A stretch of DNA of 64,000 nt from an uncultured Desulfosarcina sp. (lineage in GTDB: Bacteria > Desulfobacterota > Desulfobacteria > Desulfobacterales > Desulfosarcinaceae), in the NCBI GenBank assembly GCA_963674945.2, contig CAXXWQ010000004.1, positions 928,001 to 992,000 of the forward strand, in the 5' to 3' direction. The translations under genes were made by a program, and so were the position numbers. Below are positions 61,209 to 64,000 of the stretch, piece after piece (positions within the stretch are counted from its first letter, which is position 1; each line of letters begins with the position of its first letter). The notes under the pieces are model-generated. The model was not told where the DNA came from and did no database searches. It was given only the letters and a program-made list of their open reading frames with translations.

Positions 61209-61820
61209 ATGAAAGTACTGATCGTTTATTATTCCACCTATGGACACGTTCATAAAATGGCCGAGGCAATTTCAGAAGGCGTAAAACAGGTCGATGGCGC
61301 TGAGGCAGTCATGCGGCGCGTTCCTGAGACGCTGCCCGACGAAATACTCGAAAATATGGGCGCCGTAGAAGCGCAGAAGGCCATTTCACATGTGCCCATC
61401 TGCACCGTGGACGAGCTGGCCTCGGCTGACGCCATCATTTTCGGGACACCGACACGTTTCGGCAACATGTGTGGACAGATGCGCCAGTTTCTGGATGCAA
61501 CCGGTCAGCTCTGGTCCCAGGGTGCCCTGGTTGGCAAGGTCGGCAGCGTTTTTACCAGCAGCGCCACGCAGCATGGCGGCCAGGAGTCCACCCTTCTTTC
61601 GTTCCACATATCACTGTTGCATCATGGCTTTTTAATCGCGGGGCTGCCCTACGCCTTTCAGGGCCAGATGAAGATCGACGAGGTGACGGGTGGCTCTCCA
61701 TATGGCGCTTCGACGATCGCGGGCGGATCTGGGGAGCGAATGCCCAGCGAAAACGAACTGGACGGCGCACGCTTTCAAGGCAAACATGTCGCGGAGATAG
61801 CCAAAAGGCTCGTAGCGTAG
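61209..61820 (+). CDS. wrbA: NAD(P)H:quinone oxidoreductase WrbA
   Basis: [29 protein letters not shown]. Confidence 0.95.
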   Translation: MKVLIVYYSTYGHVHKMAEAISEGVKQVDGAEAVMRRVPETLPDEILENMGAVEAQKAISHVPICTVDELASADAIIFGTPTRFGNMCGQMRQFLDATGQLWSQGALVGKVGSVFTSSATQHGGQESTLLSFHISLLHHGFLIAGLPYAFQGQMKIDEVTGGSPYGASTIAGGSGERMPSENELDGARFQGKHVAEIAKRLVA

Positions 61821-62077
61821 ATTTTGATCTCCGCAGCCAGATGGGGTGAACAAACTTCAATCCACATACCAACCTCTTATTATCGAGGCATACTCTTTTT
61901 TATGACGAAGCGCCGACCCGCCGCCTTGAACAAACACGCGACATATTGGATCGGTTTTACCGAATCCATTAACGGTTGACCCATCACGGATTCTGGTGTG
62001 GAATACGAAAAATCGTTATGAATTGAAGTCATTTCCTCTTGCGTAGCAGATAAACTTGAACAAGCGTTGCATAAACA

Positions 62078-63082
62078 ATGGACTCGTTAACCCAGTTAAC
62101 ATTTGGCGCCGCCTGTGGAGAGGCCATCCTTGGTAAGAAGGTCGGAAGGAAGGCACTTTTCTGGGGTGCCGTCTTGGGAACATTGCCTGATCTGGATGTC
62201 TTCATTCCCCTCGGTGGCCCGGTAAATGACTTCGTATACCACCGCGGCTTCAGCCATTCTCTCATTCTTTTGGCGCTCTTATCGCCGATTGTAGCCTGGC
62301 TGATTTCGAACATCCATCCTGACACAAAACGATATTATCGCCGATGGGTGCTGCTTTCCTTGATCGTACTGGAAACCAGTGTGCTTCTGGATCTGCTGAC
62401 CATATACGGCACACAAATCTTTTGGCCTTTTGACACCACGCCCATGGCAATCCCGGTTCTGTTCATCATCGATCCCCTTTTTACGTTGCCGGTTCTCTCG
62501 GGCGTCCTGGTTGCCCTGGTGTTGAAAAGAAGTCGTTCCCTGGGTCATCGGCTCAATACGATTGGCCTTTTTCTCAGCCTAACCTATCTTGCCTGGTCAT
62601 TAAGTGCCGGTGAATTCGTCAGACACAGGGTAACGAAAAAGCTTGCTCACCAGGAGGTGTTCTATTCCCAGTACATCGCCTCCCCGGCACCGTTCACCAC
62701 TCTGCTATGGCGGGTCGTGGGCATCGACAAAGACCGATATTTCGAAACCTATTTTTCACTATTCGATCAAGATTTACCGTTGCTCGTGGATTTCTTCCCC
62801 AGGAACTTGGCTTTAATGAACGGAATCGAAGAGCACCCACCGGTTGTCAAACTGAAATGGTTCACCAGGGGCTATTATGCCTTTTCGACTGTGGGTGAAT
62901 ATGTGGCCATGACCGACTTGCGCATGGGATCGGAACCCGATTATGTCTTCCGTTTCAAGGTTGCCAGATTGAACGATTGTCATCCCCAACCCGTTGACGA
63001 TGAAAGGCTGGCAACCAAACTGGATTGGCGGGGCCTGGCTTGGGTATGGAAGAGAATCTGGAACGTCATTCCGCAATCATGA
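62078..63082 (+). CDS. Inner-membrane metal-dependent hydrolase (YdjM-like)
   Basis: MDSLTQ..G, LPDLDV, HRGFSHS, YGT...WP, IIDP.FT. Confidence 0.85.
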   Translation: MDSLTQLTFGAACGEAILGKKVGRKALFWGAVLGTLPDLDVFIPLGGPVNDFVYHRGFSHSLILLALLSPIVAWLISNIHPDTKRYYRRWVLLSLIVLETSVLLDLLTIYGTQIFWPFDTTPMAIPVLFIIDPLFTLPVLSGVLVALVLKRSRSLGHRLNTIGLFLSLTYLAWSLSAGEFVRHRVTKKLAHQEVFYSQYIASPAPFTTLLWRVVGIDKDRYFETYFSLFDQDLPLLVDFFPRNLALMNGIEEHPPVVKLKWFTRGYYAFSTVGEYVAMTDLRMGSEPDYVFRFKVARLNDCHPQPVDDERLATKLDWRGLAWVWKRIWNVIPQS

Positions 63083-63179
63083 GAAAAATAGAATCGCTAC
63101 ATGCACCAGAACATTGCAACGAAAATATCATTATAACCAGTGGACAAATACGATCCCATCTTTAGCTTTGTAAAAGCGC

Positions 63180-63974
63180 TTGAATGAAAAGGGGAAAATT
63201 ATGTGCCGCGTAACGAAGACATTTATATTTTGCTTTACCTGTTTTCTTTCGCTGTTATTGGCATTGCCAACCTCGGCGGCTGAACAAAATAACGGGAAGC
63301 GTTTTCGTATGACATTGGAAGGTGGGCCGGTCTGGCAAGCCAAAAACGATGTGCGAATTCCCGGCAACACCGGTACGGCGTTTTCGTTTGCGGATTTGAC
63401 CGGAAGCGGGCCCTATGCTGCGGGCCGGTTCACCTTTGACTGGAATTTCCTGGAACGGCACGGATTGCGGTTAGAAGTGGCACCACTGAGAATTGACGGC
63501 AGCGGCACGTTTCATCAGCCGGTCTCATTTGCAGGTACAACATTTTCCCCTGGTACGCCAACCGAAGGCAAATACAAATTTGATACCTACCGGGTTTCCT
63601 ATCGCTATCGATTTCTCAACAAAAGCGCATGGCGCATGCATGTCGGTGCTACGATTCTGCTGCGTGATGCCAAAATCGAACTCGAACAGCCTGGCCGAAA
63701 GGCGTCCGATAGTAATGTGGGCGTCGCCCCCCTGCTTAACTTTTCGACGCGGTGGGCCTTTGCCAGACGATGGGCAGCGATTTTCGACTTCCAGGGACTT
63801 GCCGGCGGACCCGGTCGGGCATTGGATCTGGCGTTACAACTACGCTACGATCTTACTGACAGCTGGAGCATAGGAGGCGGTTACCGGATGTTGGAAGGTG
63901 GCTCCGATACTGATGATGTCTACACTTTCAGCTGGTTCAATTACGGGTTTGCGACGGTGGGTTATCAATTTTAA
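63180..63974 (+). CDS. Putative outer-membrane beta-barrel protein
   Basis: Signal peptide, alternating beta pattern, C-terminal Y.F. Confidence 0.7.
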   Translation: MNEKGKIMCRVTKTFIFCFTCFLSLLLALPTSAAEQNNGKRFRMTLEGGPVWQAKNDVRIPGNTGTAFSFADLTGSGPYAAGRFTFDWNFLERHGLRLEVAPLRIDGSGTFHQPVSFAGTTFSPGTPTEGKYKFDTYRVSYRYRFLNKSAWRMHVGATILLRDAKIELEQPGRKASDSNVGVAPLLNFSTRWAFARRWAAIFDFQGLAGGPGRALDLALQLRYDLTDSWSIGGGYRMLEGGSDTDDVYTFSWFNYGFATVGYQF

Positions 63975-64000
63975 TTGTTACCGATTCACCAAGGAGGAAA

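Overview
Bacterial chromosomal window; the gene content suggests a Desulfobacterota/Desulfosarcina-like organism (inference). Region 1-5 kb holds two GH130 genes, a stand-alone PTS enzyme I and a transglutaminase-like gene. Region ~5.3-35.4 kb is an AT-richer accessory region built from three copies of one module: double-HTH XRE repressor <- -> tyrosine integrase -> 3' half of tRNA-Lys(CTT) -> terminator -> second degenerate tRNA-Lys 3' half. Each copy is flanked on both sides by ATGACAAG boxes, giving attP-like junctions of a tandem array of tRNA-targeting islets. Only the first integrase is intact. The cargo between junctions is almost all toxin-antitoxin/defence-type genes: four intact AbiEi-like antitoxins whose four nucleotidyltransferase toxins are all broken, two BrnT/BrnA pairs, Xre-RES, a GNAT relic, two DUF4143 ATPases, and a hypothetical+ankyrin pair. 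It also contains three IS elements: a 2456-bp DDE IS with a 5-bp target duplication, an IS66 carrying a DUF4338/DruA-like gene, and a four-gene IS21-like element with 69-bp-periodic 13-mer repeats. Region 35.8-64 kb is GC-richer metabolic/stress DNA: a ppc deletion relic, PQQ sugar dehydrogenase, ChaN, a broken M1 peptidase, a tandem SnoaL protein, an RND pump, selO, IS4, BLUF-EAL, site-2 protease, acyl-CoA dehydrogenase-rubredoxin, sdhAB, wrbA, a hydrolase and a beta-barrel. No intact tRNA, rRNA or CRISPR array was seen. All family assignments come from motif recognition by eye, not database searches.
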